Shown: in pieces, positions 40,236-51,028 of the stretch
Numbering within the stretch: the stretch's first letter is position 1
Layout of the letters: each line of letters starts with the position of its first letter
Origin: Mobula hypostoma
Lineage: Eukaryota
DNA: 64,000 bases
Assembly (NCBI RefSeq): GCF_963921235.1
Contig: NC_086109.1
Span: 16,308,001-16,372,000, forward strand
Reading direction: 5' to 3'
Program-made: the position numbers and the translations under genes
The notes under the pieces: model-generated
The model's input: only the letters and a program-made list of their open reading frames with translations
What the model was told of the DNA's origin: nothing
Databases searched by the model: none

Positions 40236-41739
40236 TTACTATAGAACCTCATAATAACATGGCACAGAGAAGGCTTTTCAGTCCATTTTGCTATGCTATC
40301 ATTGTGAAAAGTCTATTTAATTATTCCCACCCATGACAACTCCAGCTCCCAAACATGGTGCTTTCCCTACAGCCTTATTTTCCATGCAATTCCCAACACA
40401 AGATGTCGTAACCTAAATTTACAATTGCACCTTTCTAATGAAACATTCATAATAAACACAAGAGATTCTGCAGATGCTGGAATTCTTGACCACCACAGGC
40501 AAAATGCTGGAGGAACTCAGCAAATTAGGCAGTATCTATGGAGGGGAATAATTAGTCCACGTGTCAGGCTAAGATCCTTCATCAGGGCTCATCAGGCCAA
40601 TATTTATAATGCCATTCACAAAAGTTATAGGATTATAAGTATAGCACTGAAGGAAAAAACTGCTTAATATCTCCTGCTCATATCTCCGGACTGTTACTTC
40701 TTTATTGCAGAAGACCAATCATATTATTTATTATGCTTTTTTGATCTTTTTATTATCATGTCCTTTATATTTATTAAGTGTTTTTATGTGTGTCATATGC
40801 AGAGTAACAATCACTTCATTCTCCTTTGCACTCATATACTGAAGAATGACGAGAAACAATCTTGAATCTTACTGCAGTAGGGAAGTATCAGCTGAGGGAA
40901 TGGAATACAAAGAAAGTATTTTCCTGATCGGGCTTTTGGTTCTAATGTTGCATTTTCATTGAGCAACTTTGCAGTTCATGATGATTTTATTGCCGTCAGT
41001 CACATTGCGAGAACAAATCTAAAACTATCAGAATTCCTTTCAGAATTTTTCCAATCAATCTGTTTTTGTTGTTGGTCAAAGGGAGAAGGTTCTTGTGATT
41101 AAATTCCTTTTAAAGCACTCAGATGATACTTTTGTATCTCATCACATGCCTTCCCTCTCAGCAAATGCCTTTTCCAGTGATGAATAGTGACAGAGACCCT
41201 ATAAAACTAGCTTCTGTCATTGTCTTTGAGTAGAATGAATGCAGCCTTGAGGAGAATTGGATAAACTGGCCCGTGGCTCCTCCATTCTCCAAGCAAGGTC
41301 ACTCTCTAATAACTATCAGGAAGAAACTAACCCTTCATTTCATACTTTTAGTTAGAATTGTTTGTGGCTTCCTTGGAGTGACTATTGATCACTGTAACGT
41401 GCCCACTGAGTGATTATGTCTCTCAGAAAAGTTTCTCAAATCATGGAATTGTGTAGGATGAATGTGATCAGTAAATCGACTGCTTACTATTTTGAATTTC
41501 CCAGTTGGAATAAGGCTACTCGAGTAAATTGTAAACACAAGAGATTCTGCCGATGCTGAAAATTCTTATCAAATTATTTCTCCCCTCTCCCTTCCCTCTA
41601 TTTTCATTCCCCACTTTGGCTTCTCTCTTTCCTCTTATCTTTTCATCTGCCTATCACCTTCCCTTTCTTCCACGGTCCACTCTCCTCTCCCACCTGATTC
41701 CTTCATCTTCAGCCCTTTACATTTTTCATCCATCATCTT

Positions 41740-42010
41740 CCAGCTTCTCACTTCAACCCCTCCCCCATCCACCTGGTTTCACCTATCACCTCCCAGCTTC
41801 TCACTTCAACCACTCCCCCATCCACCTTGTTTCACCTATCACCTCCCAGCTTCTCACTTCAACCCCTCCCCCATCCACCTGGTTTCACCTATTAGCTTCC
41901 AGTTTCTCACTTCAACCACTCCCCCATCCACCTGGTTTCACCTATCACCTCCCAGCTTCTCACTTCAACCCTTCCCCCATCCACCTAGCTTCACCTATCA
42001 CCTTCTAGCT
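41740..42010. repeat. 53-bp tandem repeat, 5 copies, inside a Penelope 3' repeat
   Basis: Unit ccagcttctcacttcaacccctcccccatccacctggtttcacctatcacctc starting at 41740, 41793, 41846, 41899 and 41952. Confidence 0.92.
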
Positions 42011-43161
42011 TGTACTCCTTCCCCTCCCCCTATCTTCCTACTTTGGCTCCTTCCCTCTTCTTTTCCAGTCCTGATGGTTTCGGCCTAAAGCGTAGGCAGG
42101 CTGTTTAGTCCTTTCCATTGATGCTGCCTGATCTGCTGAGTTGCTCCAGCATTTTGGTATGTTGCTTCATTAAAGTATAAAATTGAGTTTTTGCAAGGAG
42201 AAAGCAGTGTGTCAGAGCACTGATTTATGGGTAGTGACTGTGCTGTCAGATTAAACTAATAACATTGGTCCTTGCAGCAACAGATGAGACCTAGATTAGT
42301 CAGCTTGGTGGTCCTTCATGTGCTGAGGGCCTTTTGGATGATGGCTGTCTGACAAATACTTCATTGGTGTTTCCAAAGAAAAGATTGAGATCTTGTAGCC
42401 TGTGTTGTTCACCCAGAGGGCCAAATGCAATCTTTCATGTTTCTGAACAACTCAAAATGACGTTTCATTTCAACAGTTTGTGATTCACTGCTGTCGTTAA
42501 TATTCCGTCACATCAAGCTCTTTTGTTTTCTGTAATCTTACCATTATTTTCCTTGCTCTGACAATGTGGCCATTTGGGATTATATATCCGTGGTGGTGCT
42601 GGTGATAACTGGCGATACTGGCAATCATTGGCCATTCTAGCTGCTCCTGATCAGGCAAGTGCAATTTTGATCCAGCTGGGTGGCCTGCTTCAGAGGGAAG
42701 TTTCAGGTCAACTGTGTTGATATAGGATTGGAGTCACGGGCAGGCCAGAGAAGGCAAAGGCAACCCAATACCATCCTTAGCGGCACAACATTACAGTTAG
42801 CACAGCTGCTGCCTTGAGGCTCAACCCTCACCTTGCATGCTGAATTTGTGGCATCTACACATTGTCCCTGTGCCCCACTGGTTTTCTCTGATGTCTCCCA
42901 CATGCTAAAAACAGGCAGATCAGCAGGATAGTTGCCATCTGCAAATTGCCCCTAGTGTAAGGGTGGAATCAGGGGAAATCGATGGGAAATTAAGGAGGAT
43001 AAAATGGGTCGGGGTTGCACAGTTTGATTGATCTAAGTACCGCGCTGATTTGGAAAGGTCGTGTACAGGCCCGAAACGTGGCGATGGAGTCCAGGCCCTG
43101 AGTCCATTGATAAGACAGGGCAGTTTTAAGAGCAAGAAACGACCTGATGTTTGGACGATCT

Positions 43162-43611
43162 CTGCTGCGTTCACCAGCAACTTTGATGTATGTTGCTTGA
43201 ATTTCCAGCATCTGCAGAATTCCTGTTGTTTGCGTTTAAATTCACTACTGCGAAGCCTCTTCCGGTGATGCCTACACCGAAGAAGTTTAGATCCTCTCTT
43301 CGACGGGAGTTCAGTGAAACCATCTCTCACTGCTCCCCATCTGTAATTTCTTCGGCTCTTCAACTTTTCGACCACACTTTGACTCAAACTCGCTATCTTC
43401 TCCTATCATTTCGGATCTCCCCCACCCCCTCCAGCTTTCAAATCCCTTACTCACTCTTCCTTCAGTTAGTCCTGACGAAGGGTCTCGGCCTGAAACGTCG
43501 ACTGCACCTCTTCCTATAGATGCTGCTTGGCCTGCTGCGTTCACCAGCAACTTTGATGTATGTTGCTTGAATTTCCAGCATCTGCAGAATTCCTGTTGTT
43601 TGCGTTTAAAT
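43162..43611 (+). mobile_element. Terminally redundant Penelope-derived mini-element (370-bp period)
   Basis: Identical 80-bp direct repeats at 43162-43241 and 43532-43611 enclosing an ATG-led segment (43268) and one hammerhead. Confidence 0.85.
43467..43504 (+). ncRNA. Minimal type-I hammerhead ribozyme motif
   Basis: tagtc-CTGACGA-a-gggtctcggcct-GAAAC-GTC-gactg; predicted cleavage after 43499. Confidence 0.72.
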
Positions 43612-43782
43612 GCTGGGTGAGATGGATTGAAAAGGCATTTTTGTTGGGTCCGGGGTCAAGGGTCAGGCCTGTCGATTACATGGCTGTGGTTCTGCTCCAG
43701 CTGCTCCGGGCTTCATGCCTGTGGACTCTCTTTCATTGTAAATGCTATTTGCTTATTTTCATTGCTTGCACAATGTGTTTCT

Positions 43783-43825
<43 letters not shown>

Positions 43826-44504
43826 CCTCCCTCCTCTCTGCCCCTCCCCCCTCCCCCTCTCTCCCTCTCCCTGTCTCCCTCTCTCTCCCTCCCACCACAT
43901 TGGGTGTTTGCCGGTCTTTTTTTAATGGGTCCATTTGGGTTTCTCGTTTTGTGGCTACCTGTAAGGAGATGAATCTCAAGGTTGTATAATGTATGCATAC
44001 TGTGATAATAAATGTACTTTGAACTTTTGAACATTAGTGTAACAATGGGAGATTGATTATTGATTTAGGCTCGGTGGGTTGAAGGGGCTGTTTATGTGTA
44101 ACATCTCCCTTTGACCATGCCTTGTATGATCTTAGAAAATTGTTGGATGAATTAAAAAATGTTTTCATTTCTTTCAATATTTTATGGTGAGTATTTTAGA
44201 AACTAAATTCAAATTCTCAGATGGCCAGGCTGGAATTGAAGTTATGTTCTCTGGACCTGCAGCCTAGGTTTATGGATGAGGGCTTCAGTAGTTCTCATTT
44301 TCACTTTACAAACGGAATATAGAGGTGCTGTAACAGCAGTATAAAGAGACTTCTCCAGAGTCCTTAGCAGGTTTGAGAAGTATCCAAAAACTTTGCATGG
44401 AAGCTTTGGAAAAGATGTAGAAGAGGATTACTTCAGTAATTTCCAGTTGCTCCCAAAACCCCCAACCTTTTTACAACAAAAGTAAAAGGGCAACAGGCAA
44501 ATTT

Positions 44505-45152
44505 AAACCACTTCACAAAGCATCTTTGCTTCATCTGACACAAAAAGCAGGATCTCCTGGTGGTAACTCATTTCAATTCTGATTCCTATTCCCATTCCAA
44601 TGTGTCAGTCCAACACCTCCTCTGCTGCCAGGATGAGGCCACACTCAGGCTGGAGGAGCAACAGTTTATATTTCATCTGGGTACCTCCAACCTGCTGTAT
44701 GAACATCGATTTCTCGAACTTCCGGTCATGCCTCCCCCCTTCACCATTCCCCATTCCCATTACCCTTTCTCACCTTGTCTCCTTACCTGCCCATCACCTC
44801 CCTCTTGTGATCTTCCCCTTTCCCTTTCTTCCATGGCTTCGTTCCTCTCCTATCAGATTCCCCCTTCTCCAGCCCTTTATCTCTTCCACCAATCAACTTC
44901 CCAGCTCTTTACTTCACTCCCTTCCTCACTCCCAGTTTCACCTATCACCCGCCACCTTGTACTTCCTCCTCCCCTCCCCCACCTTCGTACTCTGATTTGT
45001 CCCCTTCCTTTCCAGTCCCGATGAAGGGTCTCATCCCAAGACGTAGATTGTTTACTCTTTTCCATAGATGCTGCTTGGCCTGCTGAGGTCTTCCAGCATT
45101 TTGTCTGTGTTGCTTTGGATTTCTAGCATCTGCAGATCTTCTCATGTTTGTG
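44505..45152 (+). mobile_element. Older Penelope-like 3' fragment
   Basis: VTHFNS..HSHS...CQDEATLRLEEQQFIF segment plus degenerate tail. Confidence 0.8.
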
Positions 45153-45415
45153 AAATTTAAACCGGGTTGCTCACCATCCTGACCTGGAAGCATATCACTG
45201 TTACTTCACAGCTACTAAATTCTGGAATTCTCGACCCAACAACACTGTAGGGGTGCCTTCACCAAAAGGGCTATATAAAAATTGAAGAAGTCTGCTCATC
45301 AGCACCCTCTCAAGGGCAATAATGGTAGTGACGAGGGTGGTACAGTAGTTAGCGCAACACACATCAAAGTTGCTGGTGAACGCAGCAGGCCAGGCAGCAT
45401 CTCTAGGAAGAGGCG

Positions 45416-45453
45416 CAGTCGACGTTTCAGGCCGAGACCCTTCGTCAGGACTA
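45416..45453 (-). ncRNA. Minimal type-I hammerhead ribozyme motif in the 3' UTR of the Penelope-like element
   Basis: Same strand as the ORF, about 290 nt past the stop; intact CTGACGA, GAAAC and GTC core. Confidence 0.72.
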
Positions 45454-45741
45454 ACTGAAGGAAGAGTGAGTAAGGGATTTGAAAGCTGGAGGGGGAGGGG
45501 GAGATGCAAAATGATAGGAGAAGACAGGAGGGGGAGGGATGGAGCCCAGAGCTGGACTGGTGATAGGCAGAAGGGGATATGAGAGGATCATGGGACAGGA
45601 GGTCCGGGAAGAAAGGGGGGGGGTGACCCAGAGGATGGGCAAGAGGTATATTCAGAGGGACAGAGGGAGAAAAAGGAGAGTGAGAGAAAGAATGTGTGCA
45701 TAAAAAAGAGTAACAGATGGGGTACGAGGGGGAGGTGGGGC

Positions 45742-47102
45742 CTAGCGGAAGTTAGAGAAGTCAATGTTCATGCCATCAGATTGGAGGCTACCCATACGGA
45801 ATATAAGGTGTTGTTCCTCCAACCTGAGTGTGGCTTCATCTTTACAGTAGAGGAGGCCGTGGATAGACATGTCAGAATGGGAATGGGATGTGGAATTAAA
45901 ATGTGTGGCCACTGGGAGATCCTGCTTTCTCTGGCGGACAGAGCGTAGATGTTCAGCAAAGCGGTCTCCCAGTCTGCGTCGGGTCTCACCAATATATAAA
46001 AGGCCACATCGGGAGCACCGGACGCAGTATATCACCCCAGTCGACTCACAGGTGAAGTGATGCCTCACCTGGAAGGACTGTTTGGGGCCCTGAATGGTGG
46101 TAAGGGAGGAAGTGTAAGGGCATGTGTAGCACTTGTTCCGCTTACACGGATAAGTGCCAGGAGGGAGATCAGTGGGGAGGGATGGGGGGGACGAATGGAC
46201 AAGGGAGTTGTGTAGGGAGCGATCCCTGCGGAATGCAGAGAGAGGGGGGGAGGGAAAGATATGCTTAGTGGTGGGATCCCGTTGGAGGTGGCGGAAGTTA
46301 CGGAGAATAATATGTTGGACCCGGAGGCTGGTGGGGTGGTAGGTGAGGACCAGGGGAACCCTATTCCTAGTGGGGTGGTGGGAGGATGGAGTGAGAGCAG
46401 ATGTACGTGAAATGGGGGAGATGCGTTTAAGAGCAGAGTTGATAGTGGAGGAAGGGAAGCCCCTTTCTTTAAAAAATGAAGACATCTCCCTCGTCCTAGA
46501 ATGAAAAGCCTCATCCTGAGAGCAGATGCGGCGGAGACGGAGGAATTGCGAGAAGGGGATGGCGTTTTTGCAAGAGACAGGGTGAGAAGAGGAATAGTCC
46601 AGATAGCTGTGAGAGTCAGTAGGCTTATAGTAGACATCAGTGGATAAGCTGTCTCCAGAGACAGAGACAGAAAGATCTAGAAAGGGGAGGGAGGTGTCGG
46701 AAATGGACCAGGTAAACTTGAGGGCAGGGTGAAAGTTGGAGGCAAAGTTAATAAAGTCAACGAGTTCTGCATGCGTGCAGGAAGCAGCGCCAATGCAGTC
46801 GTCGATGTAGCGAAGGAAAAGTGGGGGACAGATACCAGAATAGGCACGGAACATAGATTGTTCCACAAACCCAACAAAAAGGCAGGCATAGCTAGGACCC
46901 ATACGGGTGCCCATAGCTACACCTTTAGTTTGGAGGAAATGGGAGGAGCAAAAGGAGAAATTATTAAGAGTAAGGACTAATTCTGCTAGACGGAGCAGAG
47001 TGGTGGTAGAGGGGAACTGATTAGGTCTGGAATCCAAAAAGAAGCGTAGAGCTTTGAGACCTTCCTGATGGGGGATGGAAGTATATAGGGACTGGACATC
47101 CA
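45742..47102 (-). CDS. Partial Penelope-like polyprotein: RT + Cys-rich linker + GIY-YIG endonuclease (no true start)
   Basis: Uninterrupted frame with DVQSLYTSIP, QTKGVAMGT, RYIDD, LPFLD, CKRNKCYTC and VIYCVRCSRCGLLYIGETRRRLGDRFAEH. Confidence 0.93.
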
Positions 47103-48014
47103 ACAGTAGTTAGCGCAATGTTTTACTGCCGCTTCTGTAAGGATTTTGTACATTCTCTCCATGACCGTGTGGGTTTCCTCCGGGTGCTCTGGTTTTCTCC
47201 CACAGTCCCAAAGTGTACTGTTTGGTAGGTTGGTTGTACATTGAAAATTGTTCTGCGGTTAGGCTAGGGTTAAATCAGGACTTGCTGAGCCGCATGACTG
47301 TTCTGCACTGTATCTCAATAAATAAATAAAAATATCTCTCAGAGTCAACATAAAAAAGTTGCATATTGCAGGTGTGGGATATCAGGGGATTCTGCATAGC
47401 ACAAAGGGAGAAGTTGAATTATATACTGACGGTGTGGGATGAACTAAGGTGTAAGGAGAGTTATGTGGAATTCAAAGTTCAAAGTAAATTTATATCTAAG
47501 TACCTATATGTCACTGTATACTGCCTTCGGATTCATTTCCTTGCAGACATTCACTGTAGAGCAAAAGTGCAATAGAATCAATGAAAAATTAGACACAAAG
47601 ACTGGCAAGCAAGCAGTGTGGAAAAGAAGACAATCTGCAAATAAAAATACAATAAATAAGTAAGTAAATAAATAATGGTGAGAAAATGAGCTGTGGAGTC
47701 TTTGAAAGTGAGTTCATAAGTTGTAGAATCAATTCAGAGTTGAGGTGAGTGAAGTTATCCACGCTGGTTCAGGAGATTGGGTAATAACTTCCTAAGCCTG
47801 GCAGTTTGGGACCTAAGGCTCCAGTACCACCTTCCTGATGGCAGCAGTGAGAAAAGAGCACAACCTGGATGGTGAGGGTCCTTAATAATGGATGCTGCTT
47901 TCTTGTGGCAGTGCTCCTCGTAGAGGTTCTCAATGGTGAGGAGGGCTTTCGCAGTGATGGAGTGTAATGATCAGTATTGAACGGTTAGGTTGCTTGATTA
48001 ATTTATTTTCATTT

Positions 48015-48619
48015 AGCGCGCAGCTCTCTGGTGAAATGATATCGTATTTGTAAGTAGGATGCCGTGCACAATTCTGACTTGATGGAGACAGACGTGAGAA
48101 GGCACAGAGGAACATCTGGAGAAATTTCTGAAATGCCCGGTTCGCTGCCGCTGCTACTGTGCGATCGAGAATCTCCGGAGGGAAGGCCCCAAAATCTCCG
48201 GCTTTGCCTGCTGCTGGCGACCGAGGCTGGGGTCGAAGCATTCGGCAGAGGTGGTGCTCAGTACTCGGTGTCAGAAGGCTGATCAGAGCTGGAAGTTTTC
48301 GGATGACTCCGAGTCGGACTGTGGTCGGGCATGGCAGGGAGAGTTTTCTTCATTCTCCCGTCTGCATGAGATGTGGGACTTTCGAGAGACTTTGAACATT
48401 TTTACTGTGCCCATGGCCTGTTCTTCATCAAGTTACGGTGTTGTTGCACTGTTGTAACTATATGTTATAATTATGTGGTTTTTGTTAATTTTTCAGTCTT
48501 GGTCTGTCCTGTGTTTCTGTGATATCACACCGGAGGAGTGTTGTATTATTTCTTAATGCATGCATTACTAAATGACAATAAAAGAGGACTGCGTGTCCTT
48601 ATAATCTAATCTAATCTAA
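48015..48619 (+). mobile_element. Probable non-autonomous retroelement
   Basis: CpG-retaining non-coding body; AATAAA followed by a (CTAAT)n tail. Confidence 0.55.
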
Positions 48620-48944
48620 CAGGCCTCTCTGACCCAGTGAGTCCATGCTGCCCATTTACACCCATTGACCAATTAACCTACTAACCTGAACACCTTTGGA
48701 ATATGGTAGGAAACAGAAGCACCCTGAGGAAAATGGTGCAGTCATGGAGAGACCATACAAACTCCTCACAGAGAGCAGTGGAGTTGAACCTGGGTCCGTT
48801 ACTAACCGCTATGCTACTGGGCCTCCTCAAGTGGCAGCCTTCTGTGTAATTCTGTATAATGTAACTATAACATTCCCACACTCTCTGCTCAGAAGCAATT
48901 GCCCCTGGATGAGTCCAGTGGTAACTTGCAGATGTTTTGCCATT

Positions 48945-49515
48945 AGCTGAGGCTTTATAAGGCGTTTGTCAGACTGCACTTGGAGTGTTCTGAGCAGTAG
49001 TAAGCCTCTTATCTAAGAAAAGCTATGCCTGCATTGGGAGATTCCAGAGGAGGTTCACTAGAAAAATCCTAGGAATGAAAGGGTTAACGTATGAGGAACA
49101 TTTGATGGCTCTGGTCATGTACTCACTGGAGTTTAGAAGAACGAGAGGAGGTGTCATTGAAGCCTATGAATATTGAAAGGCCTAGATAGAGTGTATGTGG
49201 AGAGAATGTTTCCTATAGTGGGGGAGTCTAGGACTAGAGGACACAGCATCAGAATAGAAGGATGTGCGTACTGAACAGAGAAGAGGAGGAATTTCTTTAG
49301 CCAGACCATGGTGAATCTGTGGAATTCATTGCCACAGAAAGCTGTGGAGGCCAAGTCTTTGGGTGTACTTAAAGTGGTGGTTGATAGATTCTTGATAAGC
49401 AAGAGCAAAAAGGTAGGAAAATGGAGTTGAGAGGGATAATAAATCAGCCATGATAGAATGGTGGAGCAGAGTTGATGGGCTGAATGGCCTAATTGCACTC
49501 CTATGTCGTATGGCC
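48945..49515 (+). mobile_element. CR1 3' fragment
   Basis: Similar to 4090-4670 and 39600-40235. Confidence 0.85.
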
Positions 49516-50245
49516 TATTCATCAATTTTAAAATGGGCAGTTTAACGGATTTACCATATTCACATGAGAGATGATTCCTTCCCAATAAGTTGTTTCTGAA
49601 GGTGCGGTGTTAATTCTCCAGTTTGATAATTAATCCATTCAACTCTTCCAGTCATGGTTTCTGCATTTCATTGTAAGGTGTGTAATTCTAATTATACCAA
49701 ACTGAAACATGCAAAACAGAAGCTTCCTGTGTGGCTTTGAGAATACTGTAGATTAATGAATAAAAGATAAATCAATTCTTTTATCGCAAACAAAGAAAAG
49801 CACTTCCAATTACCAGGCATTGCCTGTGTAGCAACACCATCAATTCTCTGGAAAGGGCCAGACATGGCCAAGATTTTCCGGTTGGACAATGGGGGTAATT
49901 ATAACTTAATTTACCGAGATGAGGTTTTACATCTGACCTGACAGGATTTATAAATGACTCCAAATGACTTGCCGCTGCCTTTTTGTGGTTGTGCGCACAA
50001 ACATGGGCACTCACGCATAGACCCTTCAACACACACATGCAGGCTCGCCAGTCCCTACTCCCATTCATGGACTCTGATGGTTCAGACACGTCCCCACACG
50101 CTCATACTGCACTTCATCCGAACAGACGGCTTGGAATTTGTTTACCGTCACCTCGTGCTGGGATACAGTGAAATATCTAAGTCTTATTTTATTTCGCGAT
50201 ACAGTAGGCCCTTCCGGCCCTTCGAGCCACGCCCCGCAACCCCCC

Positions 50246-51028
50246 AACAAAATGCCAGAGGAACTCAGCAGGCAAGGCAGCATCTATGGAAAGGAGTAAA
50301 CAGCCGACGTTTCAGGCCGAAACCCTTCAGCAGGACCGGATTAAAAAAAAGATGAGGAGTGAGGAGTCAGAGTAAGAAGGTGGGGGGAGAGGAAGAAGAA
50401 ACACAAGGTGATAGGTGAAACCTGGAAGTGTGGGGGGGAGTGGTGAAGTAAAGAGTTGGGAAGTTGATTTGGAGAAAGAGATACAGGGCTGGAGAAGGGG
50501 GAATCTGATGGCAGAAGACAGAAGGTCATGGAAGAAAGAAAAGGGGAGGAGTACCAGAGGGAGGTGATGGACAGGTAAGGAGATAAGATGAGAGAAGGAA
50601 ATGGGAATGGAAAATGGTGGTGGGGGAGAGGCATTACCAGAAGTTTGAGAAATTGATGTTCACGCCCTCAGGTTGGAGGCCATCCATACGGAATATAAGC
50701 TGTTGCTGCTCCAACCTGAGTGTGACCTCATCACAGCTGTAGATGGACATGTCGGAATGGGAATGGGAAGTAGAATTAAAATGGGTGGCCACTGGGATAT
50801 TCTGCTTTTTCTGGTGGATGGAGCATTGGTGCTGGGCAAAGCAGTCTCCCAATCTGCATCAGGTCTCACCAATATATAGGAGGCCACACCAGGAGCAGCA
50901 GACACAGTATTTGACCCCAACAGAATCACAGGTGAAGTGCTACCTCACCTGAAGGGACTTTTTGGGATCCTGAGTGGTAGTGAGGGAGGAGGTGTAGCAC
51001 TTGTTCCACTTGCAAGGATAAGTGCCAG
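50246..51028 (-). mobile_element. Penelope-like 3' fragment, diverged
   Basis: ORF 50634-50852 is a GIY-YIG C-terminus; tail hammerhead core mutated to CTGCTGA. Confidence 0.85.

Larger units (their letters stand above)
45358..47102 (-). mobile_element. Young 5'-truncated Penelope-like retroelement inserted in a tRNA-derived SINE
   Basis: Perfect 16-bp TSD acagtagttagcgcaa at 45342-45357 and 47103-47118; RT and GIY-YIG ORF; hammerhead-bearing 3' repeat. Confidence 0.95.

Noticed and set aside
41179..41232. SECIS element
   Set aside because: Spacing from ATGA to the AAA run is too long, the 3' GA is out of register, and no selenoprotein 3' UTR context is visible.
42477..42700. Exon candidates on either strand (plus with a GC donor at 42655; minus with GTAAGA donor at 42541)
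   Set aside because: The plus candidate has stops in all frames; minus translations match nothing I recognise and have no partner exons.
43560..44034. Low-complexity ORFs (SLSLSL / RERERE)
   Set aside because: Translations of a (CT)n microsatellite.
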